Below are positions 48,878 through 58,786 of a stretch of 64,000 nucleotides of DNA, one piece after another. Both the position numbers and the translations under genes were made by a program. Numbering within the stretch: the first letter of the stretch is position 1; each line of letters starts with the position of its first letter. Under the pieces are notes generated by a model that was not told the origin of the DNA, searched no databases, and was given only the letters and a program-made list of their open reading frames with translations. Source of the DNA: a virus; IMG/VR virus record IMGVR_UViG_3300020045_009368, positions 35,780 to 99,779 of that record. One strand, given 5' to 3'.

Positions 48878-50914
48878 ATGATAATACTAATTATAGGAAT
48901 ATTAGCTATTTTACAATATTTAAATCATATAATCTTTAAACCTAAATATAACACATTAAATTGTGGTATTTTTGGTAACTTTACAAAACGTCCAGAAAAT
49001 ATAAATGTTTCAGATTTTAATATCTTAGGTATTTATAATATTGAAAGAGGTAAAAATTCTTGTGGTATTACTTATGATGGAGAAACACATCATGGTATAA
49101 ATGCAGATAAATTATACATTGATTTTATTAAAGGTAGGTCAATAAAACCAAAATTATACCCTTCTATTATTGGACATACAAGACAAGCTTCACCTGGTAA
49201 CGTTATAAGTTTAGATAATTCACATCCTTTTGGATTTGGAGATTTAAATGATGGATATGCTTTTGTTGGAGTTCATAATGGAACTTTAAAAAATCATGAA
49301 GATTTAGCAAAAAAATATGATATTGAATTAAAAGTTGCATCTGGTGATACATTAAGAACTAAAATTGATAGTGAAATTATATTAGAAATTTTATATAAAG
49401 AAAAAAATTTTAGAGTTTTAAGTGAATATATTGGCGCTGCAGCATTAGTTTGGCAATGGTTAGCTGAACCAAATAAAGTATATTTATGGTCAGGTGCTTC
49501 TAGAGAATATGATTATTCATATTCTAAAGTAGAAGAAGAAAGACCTTTATGTGTTTATTTAAAATCTAAAAACAATATGTTTGTTTCATCTTTACTTGAT
49601 AGTTTAAGTGCTATTGGTGGTAATAAAGATAATTCATTTCAAATTGAATACAATACAGTTTATTGTGTTACTGATGGTGATTTTAAAAATGCTCAAAGTT
49701 GGAAAATAAGTAGAGAAAATGCTACACAAAATGAATCTAGTAAAAGTTGGACTAGTAGTAAAAATTATAATTTAAATGGTAGACATAGTGATTATGATGA
49801 TTCTGTAGAAGAATATTATGGTCATATGGCAAGAAAAAGTAGACATGATTATACACAAACTTTTCCAAAAGATGAAAGAAATAATACAATTACTTTAAAT
49901 ATTCATGAAGAAAAATTAAGATATGATCAAAATTCATATGGTAAAAAAATCTATTTTAATAAACTTAGATATTACCAAAATGGACATACTATTAACGGTG
50001 TTTATTGTTATGTTAAAGATTATGGTTTTGTATATCTTGCTACTTCTGTAAAAGATGCTGAAACAAATTTACAAAATAAAAAAGGACTTGCTTTTAGTAA
50101 TGGAGAATTTTCAAAAAGTACTAATGCAAATGACATTATACCTTTTAAAATAGATACTAAAAATATATCTTTATTTTATTTTGTTGAAGGTGTTCAAATG
50201 AAAACAGCTTTAGATTATTTTGCAATGTCTAGAGTTAAAAAAGAATTAAAAGCAGGTACATATTTACCATATAGAGATTTATCTTATGTTTCAAAACATC
50301 CTGTTATTAATATTAGTACAAGTGGTAACATTTCTAAAGAAAAACAAGAAATTTTATATGGAGGTGTTCTTTGTAATACTATTAATGGTGGTATTTGTCC
50401 TTTAGGTAGTGAAAAAGTTTATTATATTTCTAATGGAAATTTAACAAAACTAATGTTAAGACAAGACCTAAATAAAGATGAAGTTCAACTTCCTATTGTT
50501 TTTGATAAAACTGAAAAAAAAGATTATTCACTTTTAAATTCAGCAATGAATAATATTATTTTAATTGAAGAAAAAATAGTAACAAAAGAAAAAAATGATA
50601 AAACTTTTGAAGTAAGTTTACAAAGTGATGATAAATTTATAGAAAAATTAGAAAAAGAAAAAACTAATTTTCTTGATAGTTTAGAACCTCATGAAAAAGA
50701 AGCATTTGATAAAATTGTAGCTGAGGAAGAAGAAAATGAATTAATTGAAGGTATTGTTAATGAATGTTTAACAGATCCTATTCAAGAAATCATAGATTTA
50801 AAAAATAAATTACAAGCATATTTACCTAATAAAAGAGCTCAAGAGCATATTGAATTATTAGATCAAATGTTAGATGTAATTAATATGTTTATGGTTAAAG
50901 ATAATAAAAAATAA
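48878..50914 (+). CDS. Class II (Ntn) glutamine amidotransferase with a 28-aa hydrophobic leader and long C-terminal extension
   Basis: CGIFG at residue 29, RG.NSCG, GHTRQAS, NSHPF, HNGTL, IDSE. Confidence 0.88.
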   Translation: MIILIIGILAILQYLNHIIFKPKYNTLNCGIFGNFTKRPENINVSDFNILGIYNIERGKNSCGITYDGETHHGINADKLYIDFIKGRSIKPKLYPSIIGHTRQASPGNVISLDNSHPFGFGDLNDGYAFVGVHNGTLKNHEDLAKKYDIELKVASGDTLRTKIDSEIILEILYKEKNFRVLSEYIGAAALVWQWLAEPNKVYLWSGASREYDYSYSKVEEERPLCVYLKSKNNMFVSSLLDSLSAIGGNKDNSFQIEYNTVYCVTDGDFKNAQSWKISRENATQNESSKSWTSSKNYNLNGRHSDYDDSVEEYYGHMARKSRHDYTQTFPKDERNNTITLNIHEEKLRYDQNSYGKKIYFNKLRYYQNGHTINGVYCYVKDYGFVYLATSVKDAETNLQNKKGLAFSNGEFSKSTNANDIIPFKIDTKNISLFYFVEGVQMKTALDYFAMSRVKKELKAGTYLPYRDLSYVSKHPVINISTSGNISKEKQEILYGGVLCNTINGGICPLGSEKVYYISNGNLTKLMLRQDLNKDEVQLPIVFDKTEKKDYSLLNSAMNNIILIEEKIVTKEKNDKTFEVSLQSDDKFIEKLEKEKTNFLDSLEPHEKEAFDKIVAEEEENELIEGIVNECLTDPIQEIIDLKNKLQAYLPNKRAQEHIELLDQMLDVINMFMVKDNKK

Positions 50915-50916
50915 CA

Positions 50917-52665
50917 ATGAGTAGCGAAAAAATAGTAATTACAGTACAAAATGAAAAATTACCTATTTCAAAATGTAAAAATTTTAACAAACTTTGGTAT
51001 AAAATAGGTGATACTAAAATAAAAGACTCTGGTGATTGTTATTTAATAAGTGATAAATATTATAGACAAGAAACAGGTTTAATAGTTTTTAACTATTCAA
51101 TAAATGAATATATGATTAAAAATAATAATTTAATAGAAGGTATCGTAGAATTTGCAAATAACGAACCTCTTTTTGGTAATTTTGAAAAAGATACTTCTTT
51201 ACCTTCAGTAACTTTAGAAAATGGAATGTCTTATTATATTCTAAATTATAATTCTATTGAAAATAATAAAGAATATCGAGAACATTTAGGAAGTGGTAAT
51301 TTTTATCATATTTCTAAAATGGCAGCAAATAAATTTAACACTTTAAATATTCCAAGACAAGAATATAAACATAGTTTACCTTATGACTCAAAGGGAATTA
51401 CAGATAAATTTATAAACATTTATAAAGAAAATTATAAAGGTGAAATATCTCCTAATATTAAAAAATATGCAGGAATGTTAGGAGATTTATCTTTTGGTCT
51501 TGAATTTGAAACGACTAAAGGTTTTATACCTGATAGAATTTTAGAACAAACAGGTTTAATTCCATTGAGAGATGGTTCTATTTCAGGTATTGAATATGTA
51601 ACAATTCCTTTAGAAGGAGCAAAAGGTTTACAAACAGTTGTAGACCTTTTAAAACCTTTAAAAGAAAGAACTACATTTAATGATACTTGTTCTTTACATT
51701 TACATTTAGGAAATATTCCAAGAACTAAAGAATTTATTTTAGCATTCTTTAAATTAACTTGTATGGTACAAGATGAAATATTTGCGATGTTTCCAATATA
51801 TAAAAAGTATAATTTTAGAATTAAAAATAAAAATTATTCAGCACCGTATCCAACTTTTGATTTAATGTCTAGAATGGATCCTGTAATTAATACTAATAAT
51901 ATTAATGAAAATTTTAATATTTTATATACTTTTTTATCTGAAGGACAAGATTTTTCTGAAGTTAATTATGATTTAAAAAATGTAAATTTCCATCCAAGAG
52001 ATCCTGAAGGAACTCAAAAATGGAATATTCACACACGTTATTTTATTCATAATTTAATTCCATTAATTTTTGGTAATAAAACAACTGTTGAATTTAGAAT
52101 TCATACTCCTACATATGATGTAAATAAAATTATTCCTTTTATATTAATTAATTCAATATTAGTTAATTATGTTATTGAAAATCAAAAACACATATTAGGT
52201 AATAAAAGTTTCTTTTATAAAAAAACATTGTATTCTATTATTTCAGAACATTTAAGAAGTAAAGTTTCTGATAATGGTTCATTAGAAGATTCTATTATGG
52301 ATTATTTAAGTATTAGAAAAAGTATTACTGAAAGTCAAAATGGTAATGGTATAATTAAAGGTGATGAAGAAAACATTAGAAGTTCTAAGTATTTAAATTG
52401 GAATCAAACTAATAAAGAACCATCTTTATTAGATATTGGTGAAATTCAATATAAAAATAGAGGTATTCGTAAAGCTAGTCCTTTTGGTATTAAAGCTAAA
52501 TCTTGGATGGGAACACATCAGTATCAAAGTTTTGATTCTTTACAACAAGAAACGCAAGACTTTAATTTGAGAAAAAAAATGCAAGAGACATTGATGCCGC
52601 CTGGTTATGTTGATGATTTTTCAGTAACAAGTAAACAAATTTTAGAAAATGCAGATAATTCATAG
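50917..52665 (+). CDS. Amidoligase (glutamine synthetase/GCS-like fold)
   Basis: FGLEFET, RDGSISGIEYVT, CSLHLHLG, RYF, TVEFR. Confidence 0.85.
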   Translation: MSSEKIVITVQNEKLPISKCKNFNKLWYKIGDTKIKDSGDCYLISDKYYRQETGLIVFNYSINEYMIKNNNLIEGIVEFANNEPLFGNFEKDTSLPSVTLENGMSYYILNYNSIENNKEYREHLGSGNFYHISKMAANKFNTLNIPRQEYKHSLPYDSKGITDKFINIYKENYKGEISPNIKKYAGMLGDLSFGLEFETTKGFIPDRILEQTGLIPLRDGSISGIEYVTIPLEGAKGLQTVVDLLKPLKERTTFNDTCSLHLHLGNIPRTKEFILAFFKLTCMVQDEIFAMFPIYKKYNFRIKNKNYSAPYPTFDLMSRMDPVINTNNINENFNILYTFLSEGQDFSEVNYDLKNVNFHPRDPEGTQKWNIHTRYFIHNLIPLIFGNKTTVEFRIHTPTYDVNKIIPFILINSILVNYVIENQKHILGNKSFFYKKTLYSIISEHLRSKVSDNGSLEDSIMDYLSIRKSITESQNGNGIIKGDEENIRSSKYLNWNQTNKEPSLLDIGEIQYKNRGIRKASPFGIKAKSWMGTHQYQSFDSLQQETQDFNLRKKMQETLMPPGYVDDFSVTSKQILENADNS

Positions 52666-53338
52666 AAATAAAGGAGTAGAAATTAAAAATGATTATACTG
52701 AATTATTAGGTGATTGGTGTAAACCTTTAGTAGGATTGCTTGTTAATGATTATATGAAAAATTTAATATTTTTCATTGATGAAATATATAAGCAATTTCA
52801 ATCAGTATATCCTGTAAAAGAAGATTTATTCTATGCTTTTAAATTGTGTGAATATAAAAAATTAAAAGTTGTAATTCTTGGAAATCAACCATGGCAAAAT
52901 CCTAAATCAAACGGTTTAGCTTTTGGTGCACATTCTAAAGCAGGAGATTTACCAGCCTTTACTGAAAGTATTAAAGATTGTGTTAATGAAACAGTTTACC
53001 CTCATAATCCTCAATGGTTTGATAGAACAATGAAACATTGGGCTGAAGGAGGTATTTTAATGTTAAATACAACATTAACTACATTATATGGTCAAGATCA
53101 TGAAAAATACTGGAGAAATTTTACAAGAGAAGTGATAAAAACAATTAATAGAGAAAAAGAAAATATTGTTTTTATATTTCTTCAATCTGGTAATGAACAT
53201 TTTAAAAAGTATATTGATCCAAAAAAACATCTTATTTTAGAAAACCCAAATTTAGGTTTTGTAGATCCAAGTTTAGATATTTTTAACGAAACTAATGACT
53301 TTTTAAGAGATAATGGAATAAAAGATATTATTTGGTAA
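52649..53338 (+). CDS. Uracil-DNA glycosylase-fold protein with altered active site
   Basis: YP..ED.F.AF, KVVILGNQPW (cf. GQDPY), NGLAF, WAEGGILMLNTTLT; no HPSP. Confidence 0.8.
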   Translation: MQIIHRNKGVEIKNDYTELLGDWCKPLVGLLVNDYMKNLIFFIDEIYKQFQSVYPVKEDLFYAFKLCEYKKLKVVILGNQPWQNPKSNGLAFGAHSKAGDLPAFTESIKDCVNETVYPHNPQWFDRTMKHWAEGGILMLNTTLTTLYGQDHEKYWRNFTREVIKTINREKENIVFIFLQSGNEHFKKYIDPKKHLILENPNLGFVDPSLDIFNETNDFLRDNGIKDIIW

Positions 53339-53350
53339 AATAATTTAAGT

Positions 53351-53388
53351 AAAATTAGGAATTGTCATTTATTTTTGTTATATTTGTA
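53351..53388 (+). promoter_or_regulatory. Bacteroidota-type promoter (TTAG...TATATTTG)
   Basis: aaaattaggaattgtcatttatttttgttatatttgta. Confidence 0.7.
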
Positions 53389-53408
53389 TTTCACAAATAT
53401 ATATAATT

Positions 53409-53852
53409 ATGAATGACAATCTTATTTTTATAAATGGTAATGTTCCATCCTTAAAAAATTCAAAAGTAAAAACCAGTAGAGGTATCTTTAGTTCAAAATC
53501 TGTTAAAAAATATTTAGCAAATTTAGGAATACAAAGGTATTCATCTAGTAGAAAAGAAGTAATTGGTTATAAAACAAAATCTAATACATTTCAAGATGAA
53601 ATTGTACCACAAATAATCAAATTATTAGAAAATAAAGAAGCACCTTATGAAATAGGATTTCATTTTGTAAGAGGCTCAAAACATTCTTTTGATTTTAATA
53701 ATGCAAATCAATTAATTGCAGATTTAATTGTGGCACACAATGTTATTGAAGATGATAATATGGATTATTTTATACCATATGCTTTTAAGATAGAAAATAA
53801 TTTCTATTCTTATAACAAAGAAAATCCAGGTGTTTGGCTTGAGATAAAATAA
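53409..53852 (+). CDS. RusA-like Holliday junction resolvase
   Basis: VPSLKNS, FDFNNA.Q.IAD, IEDDN. Confidence 0.7.
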   Translation: MNDNLIFINGNVPSLKNSKVKTSRGIFSSKSVKKYLANLGIQRYSSSRKEVIGYKTKSNTFQDEIVPQIIKLLENKEAPYEIGFHFVRGSKHSFDFNNANQLIADLIVAHNVIEDDNMDYFIPYAFKIENNFYSYNKENPGVWLEIK

Positions 53853-53859
53853 AATAAAA

Positions 53860-54159
53860 ATGAAAAGAAAACAATTACAAAAAATTAAAGAATTAGCAAT
53901 GTTTATATTTAATGAAAATGAATATAAACGATTTATTACTAGTATGATTAATCAAAAATATAATGATGCTAGATTATTTTTAGATTACATAAATGAAAAA
54001 TTTGAATATAATTTAGAACAATTAGAATTTATTGATGATAATGAATTATTACTACGACAATATAAAAAAATTGATTCTTTAATGGATATTGTGATTGAAC
54101 TAATAATAGTGAATGAAGATAGAAAATGCGAAGGGAAACAAATTAGAGCAATTGCTTAG
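53860..54159 (+). CDS. Hypothetical protein
   Basis: ORF track. Confidence 0.6.
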   Translation: MKRKQLQKIKELAMFIFNENEYKRFITSMINQKYNDARLFLDYINEKFEYNLEQLEFIDDNELLLRQYKKIDSLMDIVIELIIVNEDRKCEGKQIRAIA

Positions 54160-55150
54160 TGATGATGAAAATATAGATTTAAAACTTAGTTATTCACGAA
54201 TTAGTGATTTTGATAGAAATGGACCGAAAGCTTTAATTAGACCGTCAAATCCTGATGGTAATGGATTAAGATTTGGTTCTTTAACAGATGATTTACTATT
54301 AGACACATTAACAAATAATAAATCTTTTAATGAGAAATATTATTTATTTGATGGAAATAAACCAACAGCAACATTAGGTACTTTATGTGATATTGTTATA
54401 GATAATTATGATAAATTACCTGATGTTGAAACGGTTTTAAAAATAGTAAAACATAATGCTTTTTGGAGTAATATAAAAGTAGATGAGAACTTAACTAAAA
54501 AATTTAATATTGACGAGTTTTGGGATTATTTAAAAATTATATATGAAACTAAAAATAGATTAATTGTTACAAGTAATGATTATGATGATGCGAAAGAATG
54601 TGTTAATTTATTAATTAATCACAAACACACACATTCATTATTTAACAATGATTTTGACAACTATTATCAATTTGATTTTAGTTATGATTATAAAGGTTTT
54701 ACTTTAAGAGGTATTATTGATAAATTATCAATAGATCACAAAAATAAAATTGTTTATATTGAAGATATAAAAACAGGTTCTAGTAAAGCTGATGAATTTT
54801 TAAAAAGTTTTATTAAATACTGTTATTATTTTCAAGAAGCAGTTTATTGTAAAGCATTTAATACAATATGTGAAAAACTTAATTTAGAGAATTATACTCT
54901 AGCACCATTTAAATTTATATTTATTGGTAGATTTGAAAAAGTTCCACATGTATTTACAATGTCTGAGAAATGGCATAATGCAGCCTTAAATGGCTTTAAA
55001 ACAACGTCTGGTTATAAATATAAAGGTTTAGATGAAAATCTAGATTTAATATATTATCATTGGAAAAACAAAGTTTATGACTTCAATAAAGAAGTGTATG
55101 AACAAAATGGAAGTTTAATTTTAAACGACGAGTTTATAGAAGTAAATTAA
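54113..55150 (+). CDS. PD-(D/E)XK exonuclease (RecB/Cas4-like)
   Basis: LSYSRI, LRGIIDKL, EDIKT, YYFQEAVY. Confidence 0.8.
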   Translation: MKIENAKGNKLEQLLSDDENIDLKLSYSRISDFDRNGPKALIRPSNPDGNGLRFGSLTDDLLLDTLTNNKSFNEKYYLFDGNKPTATLGTLCDIVIDNYDKLPDVETVLKIVKHNAFWSNIKVDENLTKKFNIDEFWDYLKIIYETKNRLIVTSNDYDDAKECVNLLINHKHTHSLFNNDFDNYYQFDFSYDYKGFTLRGIIDKLSIDHKNKIVYIEDIKTGSSKADEFLKSFIKYCYYFQEAVYCKAFNTICEKLNLENYTLAPFKFIFIGRFEKVPHVFTMSEKWHNAALNGFKTTSGYKYKGLDENLDLIYYHWKNKVYDFNKEVYEQNGSLILNDEFIEVN

Positions 55151-55716
55151 TGAATAAAAGAAAATACTCAAAATGTAAAACTTATTTACTACCACTTATT
55201 GCAGAAGTTCTAGATTTAGATATTAAATTTATACCTTACTTAATCAATACATTTATGTTTGATAGTGAGAATCAATATGTAGATTGTTTTTACATATTAC
55301 ATGAATTTAATTTTAAAAATCCAGAATTTACTCATTATGAACACAAATTAACTAATAATAAGTTATTTGTAAAAAATATTGATTTAGACAATAAAGTAGT
55401 TTATGTATTTAAGTTTCCAGAAGAATACTTACCAGAATATTATTTTTTAATGAATAGTGAATACTCTAAATTTGGAGATGATGCTAAAAAATTAATATTG
55501 AGATTTTGGGGACAAGTATATTCTGGCAATCCATTAGGTGTTAACTTTTTAATCAAAGTAAAAAACATACTTTACAAAGAAGAAAAACTCAGAAAAAAAT
55601 TAGAATTAGATTTAGGAGTTAAACTTGATGAAGATCAAGAATTAGGAGATTTTGTAAATCTCGAAAATGAAACATTTAAAATAGAAGATTTTAAACAAAG
55701 TAAAATTATAAAATAA
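55150..55716 (+). CDS. Hypothetical protein
   Basis: YLLPL, YSKF; TAATG coupling on both sides. Confidence 0.7.
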   Translation: MNKRKYSKCKTYLLPLIAEVLDLDIKFIPYLINTFMFDSENQYVDCFYILHEFNFKNPEFTHYEHKLTNNKLFVKNIDLDNKVVYVFKFPEEYLPEYYFLMNSEYSKFGDDAKKLILRFWGQVYSGNPLGVNFLIKVKNILYKEEKLRKKLELDLGVKLDEDQELGDFVNLENETFKIEDFKQSKIIK

Positions 55717-56690
55717 TGAGCATATTTGATAAAAGAGTAAATATACTTCCATATGAATATCCTCAACTTATTTCATATAAAGACGCAATTCGACATAGTT
55801 ATTGGATAGATACTGAATTTAATTTCACATCAGACATTAGTGATTTTAAAACTAATATTAATGATATTGAAAGAGATATTATTAAAAAAAGTATGTTATC
55901 TATTGCTCAAATAGAAGTTAATGTAAAAACTTTTTGGGCAGATATGTATAAAAGAATGCCTATTTCTGAAATAGGAGATGTTGGAATGACATTTGCAGAA
56001 TCAGAAGTTAGACATAAAGACGCATATGCTAAATTATTAACTATATTAGGATTACAAAATGAATTTGAACATGTTATAGAAGTTCCAGCAATACAAGGAA
56101 GAATTAATTATTTAAATAAATATTTAGATGGAACTAGAAGTAAGAATGATAAAATGTACACTAAAAGTGTATTATTATTTTCTTTATTTATCGAACACGT
56201 TTCTCTCTTTAGTCAATTTTTAATTATGATGTCTTTTAATAAGGAAAAAAACTTATTTAAAGGAATTAGTAATGTAGTTGAAGCAACAAGTAAAGAAGAA
56301 GATATTCATGGTAATTTTGGTGTTGAAATAATTAATATTATTAAACAGGAATTTCCTGAATGGTTTGATGAAGAATTTGAAGATTTAATATATTCTGCGT
56401 GTTTTAAAGCTTATGAAGCAGAATGTGGTATATTAGATTGGATATTTGAAAAAGGTGAATTAGAATTTTTACCTAAAGATGTAATTAAAGAATTTATTAA
56501 AAATAGATTTAATAATTCATTAAATAAAATAGGAATGAAATCTGTATTTGATATAAATATAGAGTTATTAGAACCAACAATATGGTTTGATGTAGAAATT
56601 AAATCTACTAAAGAAGGAGATTTCTTTTATAAAAAATCTATTGATTACAACAAAAAATCACAATCCATAACGGAAGATGATTTATTTTAA
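55716..56690 (+). CDS. nrdB: Ribonucleotide reductase class Ia beta subunit
   Basis: ESEVRHKDAY, EHVSLFSQF, KEEDIH, DFF, C-terminal EDDLF. Confidence 0.95.
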   Translation: MSIFDKRVNILPYEYPQLISYKDAIRHSYWIDTEFNFTSDISDFKTNINDIERDIIKKSMLSIAQIEVNVKTFWADMYKRMPISEIGDVGMTFAESEVRHKDAYAKLLTILGLQNEFEHVIEVPAIQGRINYLNKYLDGTRSKNDKMYTKSVLLFSLFIEHVSLFSQFLIMMSFNKEKNLFKGISNVVEATSKEEDIHGNFGVEIINIIKQEFPEWFDEEFEDLIYSACFKAYEAECGILDWIFEKGELEFLPKDVIKEFIKNRFNNSLNKIGMKSVFDINIELLEPTIWFDVEIKSTKEGDFFYKKSIDYNKKSQSITEDDLF

Positions 56691-56698
56691 ATAACTTA

Positions 56699-56766
56699 GA
56701 AAGATTTATTAAATCAAAAATAAGTAAAAATAAAATAAATTGTAAAAAAATATTAATAAATCTTTC
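56699..56766 (+). other. 14-bp inverted repeat between nrdB and nrdA
   Basis: gaaagatttattaa/ttaataaatctttc around an A-rich loop. Confidence 0.55.
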
Positions 56767-56780
56767 ATTAAACAAAATTA

Positions 56781-58415
56781 ATGAAAGAATACAATAAATA
56801 TTATTGGTTAAATGATGAAAGTAGAACTTTTTTATCAAGAGGTTATTTACAAAAAGGTGTAACAGCAGAACAGCGTATTAAAGATATTGCTAATCACGCT
56901 GAAAACATTTTAGGTATTAAACATTTTGCTGAAAAGTTTGAAAATTATATGAGTAAAGGATATTACTCATTATCTACTCCTGTGTGGACTAATTTTGGTA
57001 AAGAAAAAGCTTTACCTATTAGTTGTTATGGTTCTAATGTAGATGATACAATGGATAGTATTTTAAATGCAGGTAGAGAGATTGGTATGATGTCTAAATA
57101 TGGCGGAGGTACTTCTATATATTTAGGAAATATTAGACCAAGAGGAACTTCTATTTCAGGTGGTGGTATGGCTGATGGACCAATTCACTATAGTAAAATT
57201 TATGATGCAATTATAGATACATGTAAACAAGCTGATGCAAGACGTGGTGCTTGTGCAATTTGGTTACCTGTCGAACATGAAGATATTGATGAATTTTTAG
57301 ATATTGGTACAGAAGGTAATCCAATTCAAAATTTACAATATGGAATTACTGTTACAGATGAATGGATGAATTCTATGAAATCTGGAGATAAATCTAAACG
57401 TAAAATATGGGCTAAAATAATTCAACGTAGAAGTGAATTTGGATTTCCATATATTATGTTTAAAGATAATTCTAATAACAATAGTCCATATAAAGAATTA
57501 GGATTAGAAATTACAGCAAGTAATCTTTGTTCTGAAATACAATTACCTACAGATAGTTATAATTCATTTGTGTGTTGTTTAGGTTCTATTAATTTACTTC
57601 ATTGGAATGAAATTAAGAATACTGATGCAGTTGAAATTTATACTATATTCTTAAATGCAGTTATTGAAGATTTTATTAAAAAATCTGAAAATCTTCCAGG
57701 AATGAAACGTGCTTGGAAATTTGCAAAAGAACACAGAGCTATCGGATTAGGTGTTTTAGGTTATCATAGTTATTTACAATCTGAACTAATTGCTTTTGAT
57801 GATTTAAAATCTAAACAATTAAATTATGAAATATTTAAAATTTTAGATGAAAAATCACAACAAGCTTCTAAATGGTGTCATGATTCATTAGGTTATAAAT
57901 GTTTAAGAGATGGTTATGCAAATACAACGTTAGTTGCAATTGCTCCAACTAAATCAAGTTCATTTATATTAGGTCAAGTATCTATGGGTATCGAACCTAT
58001 TAAATCTAATTATTTTATTAAAGATTTAGCTAAATCTAAATCTATTTATAAAAATCCATTTTTAGAAGAAGAATTAAATAAGTATGATTTAAATAATTTA
58101 GAAACTTGGAAATCAATACTTGATAACGATGGTTCAGTTCAACATTTAGATTTTCCAACAAAAGAAGTATTTAAATCTTTTATTGAAATTAGTCCTAAAG
58201 AGTTGATATTACAAGCAGCACAAAGACAAAAGTTTATAGATCAAAGTCAATCTTTGAATTTAATGATACATCCATCTATTCCAGCTAAAGATATAAATTC
58301 ACTTTATATGTATGCTTGGGAAGAAGGAATTAAAACATTATATTATCAATTTAGTCAAAATGCAGCTCAGTCGTTTTCACGTAATATTTTAGAATGTACC
58401 GCTTGTGAATCTTAA
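56781..58415 (+). CDS. nrdA: Ribonucleotide reductase class Ia alpha subunit (no ATP-cone)
   Basis: ISCY, SNLCSEI, CCLGS, APTKSSS, KTLYY, C-terminal CTAC. Confidence 0.95.
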   Translation: MKEYNKYYWLNDESRTFLSRGYLQKGVTAEQRIKDIANHAENILGIKHFAEKFENYMSKGYYSLSTPVWTNFGKEKALPISCYGSNVDDTMDSILNAGREIGMMSKYGGGTSIYLGNIRPRGTSISGGGMADGPIHYSKIYDAIIDTCKQADARRGACAIWLPVEHEDIDEFLDIGTEGNPIQNLQYGITVTDEWMNSMKSGDKSKRKIWAKIIQRRSEFGFPYIMFKDNSNNNSPYKELGLEITASNLCSEIQLPTDSYNSFVCCLGSINLLHWNEIKNTDAVEIYTIFLNAVIEDFIKKSENLPGMKRAWKFAKEHRAIGLGVLGYHSYLQSELIAFDDLKSKQLNYEIFKILDEKSQQASKWCHDSLGYKCLRDGYANTTLVAIAPTKSSSFILGQVSMGIEPIKSNYFIKDLAKSKSIYKNPFLEEELNKYDLNNLETWKSILDNDGSVQHLDFPTKEVFKSFIEISPKELILQAAQRQKFIDQSQSLNLMIHPSIPAKDINSLYMYAWEEGIKTLYYQFSQNAAQSFSRNILECTACES

Positions 58416-58429
58416 TAATATAAAAAAAT

Positions 58430-58642
58430 ATGGAATTTAAAGAAAGAATTAGAATTTTTAGAGCAGTGATGTTAATTTTAACTGGTATTTTTATAGTAGC
58501 TAAATTAACAAATCATATTGATTGGAATTGGTTTTGGGTGTTATCACCTAGTATTTTATCTTTAGTATTTACTACAGAAGCTGTAATAAGTATTAAAATT
58601 AAATCAGTTAGAAAAGCTAAGAAAATCAAAACTGAAGAATAA
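58430..58642 (+). CDS. Small membrane protein
   Basis: KLTNHIDWNWFWVLSP. Confidence 0.7.
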   Translation: MEFKERIRIFRAVMLILTGIFIVAKLTNHIDWNWFWVLSPSILSLVFTTEAVISIKIKSVRKAKKIKTEE

Positions 58643-58653
58643 ATAATTAATAT

Positions 58654-58767
58654 AGAGAGAAGTGAGCAGAATTGGTATTGCGCTCGACCTAGTAATCGAG
58701 TAATTTATTTCGACATAAATTAAACAAGTGGGTGGCACTATGTAGGTTCGAGTCCTATCTTCTCTCT
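58654..58767 (+). tRNA. Atypical Leu/Ser-type tRNA-like RNA with 8-nt anticodon loop and double-hairpin variable region
   Basis: Acceptor agagagaag/cttctctct; D-arm gca-gaattggtat-tgc; ctcga-cctagtaa-tcgag; T-arm gtagg-ttcgagt-cctat. Confidence 0.65.
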
Positions 58768-58786
58768 TTATTTTAAAATATATAAT

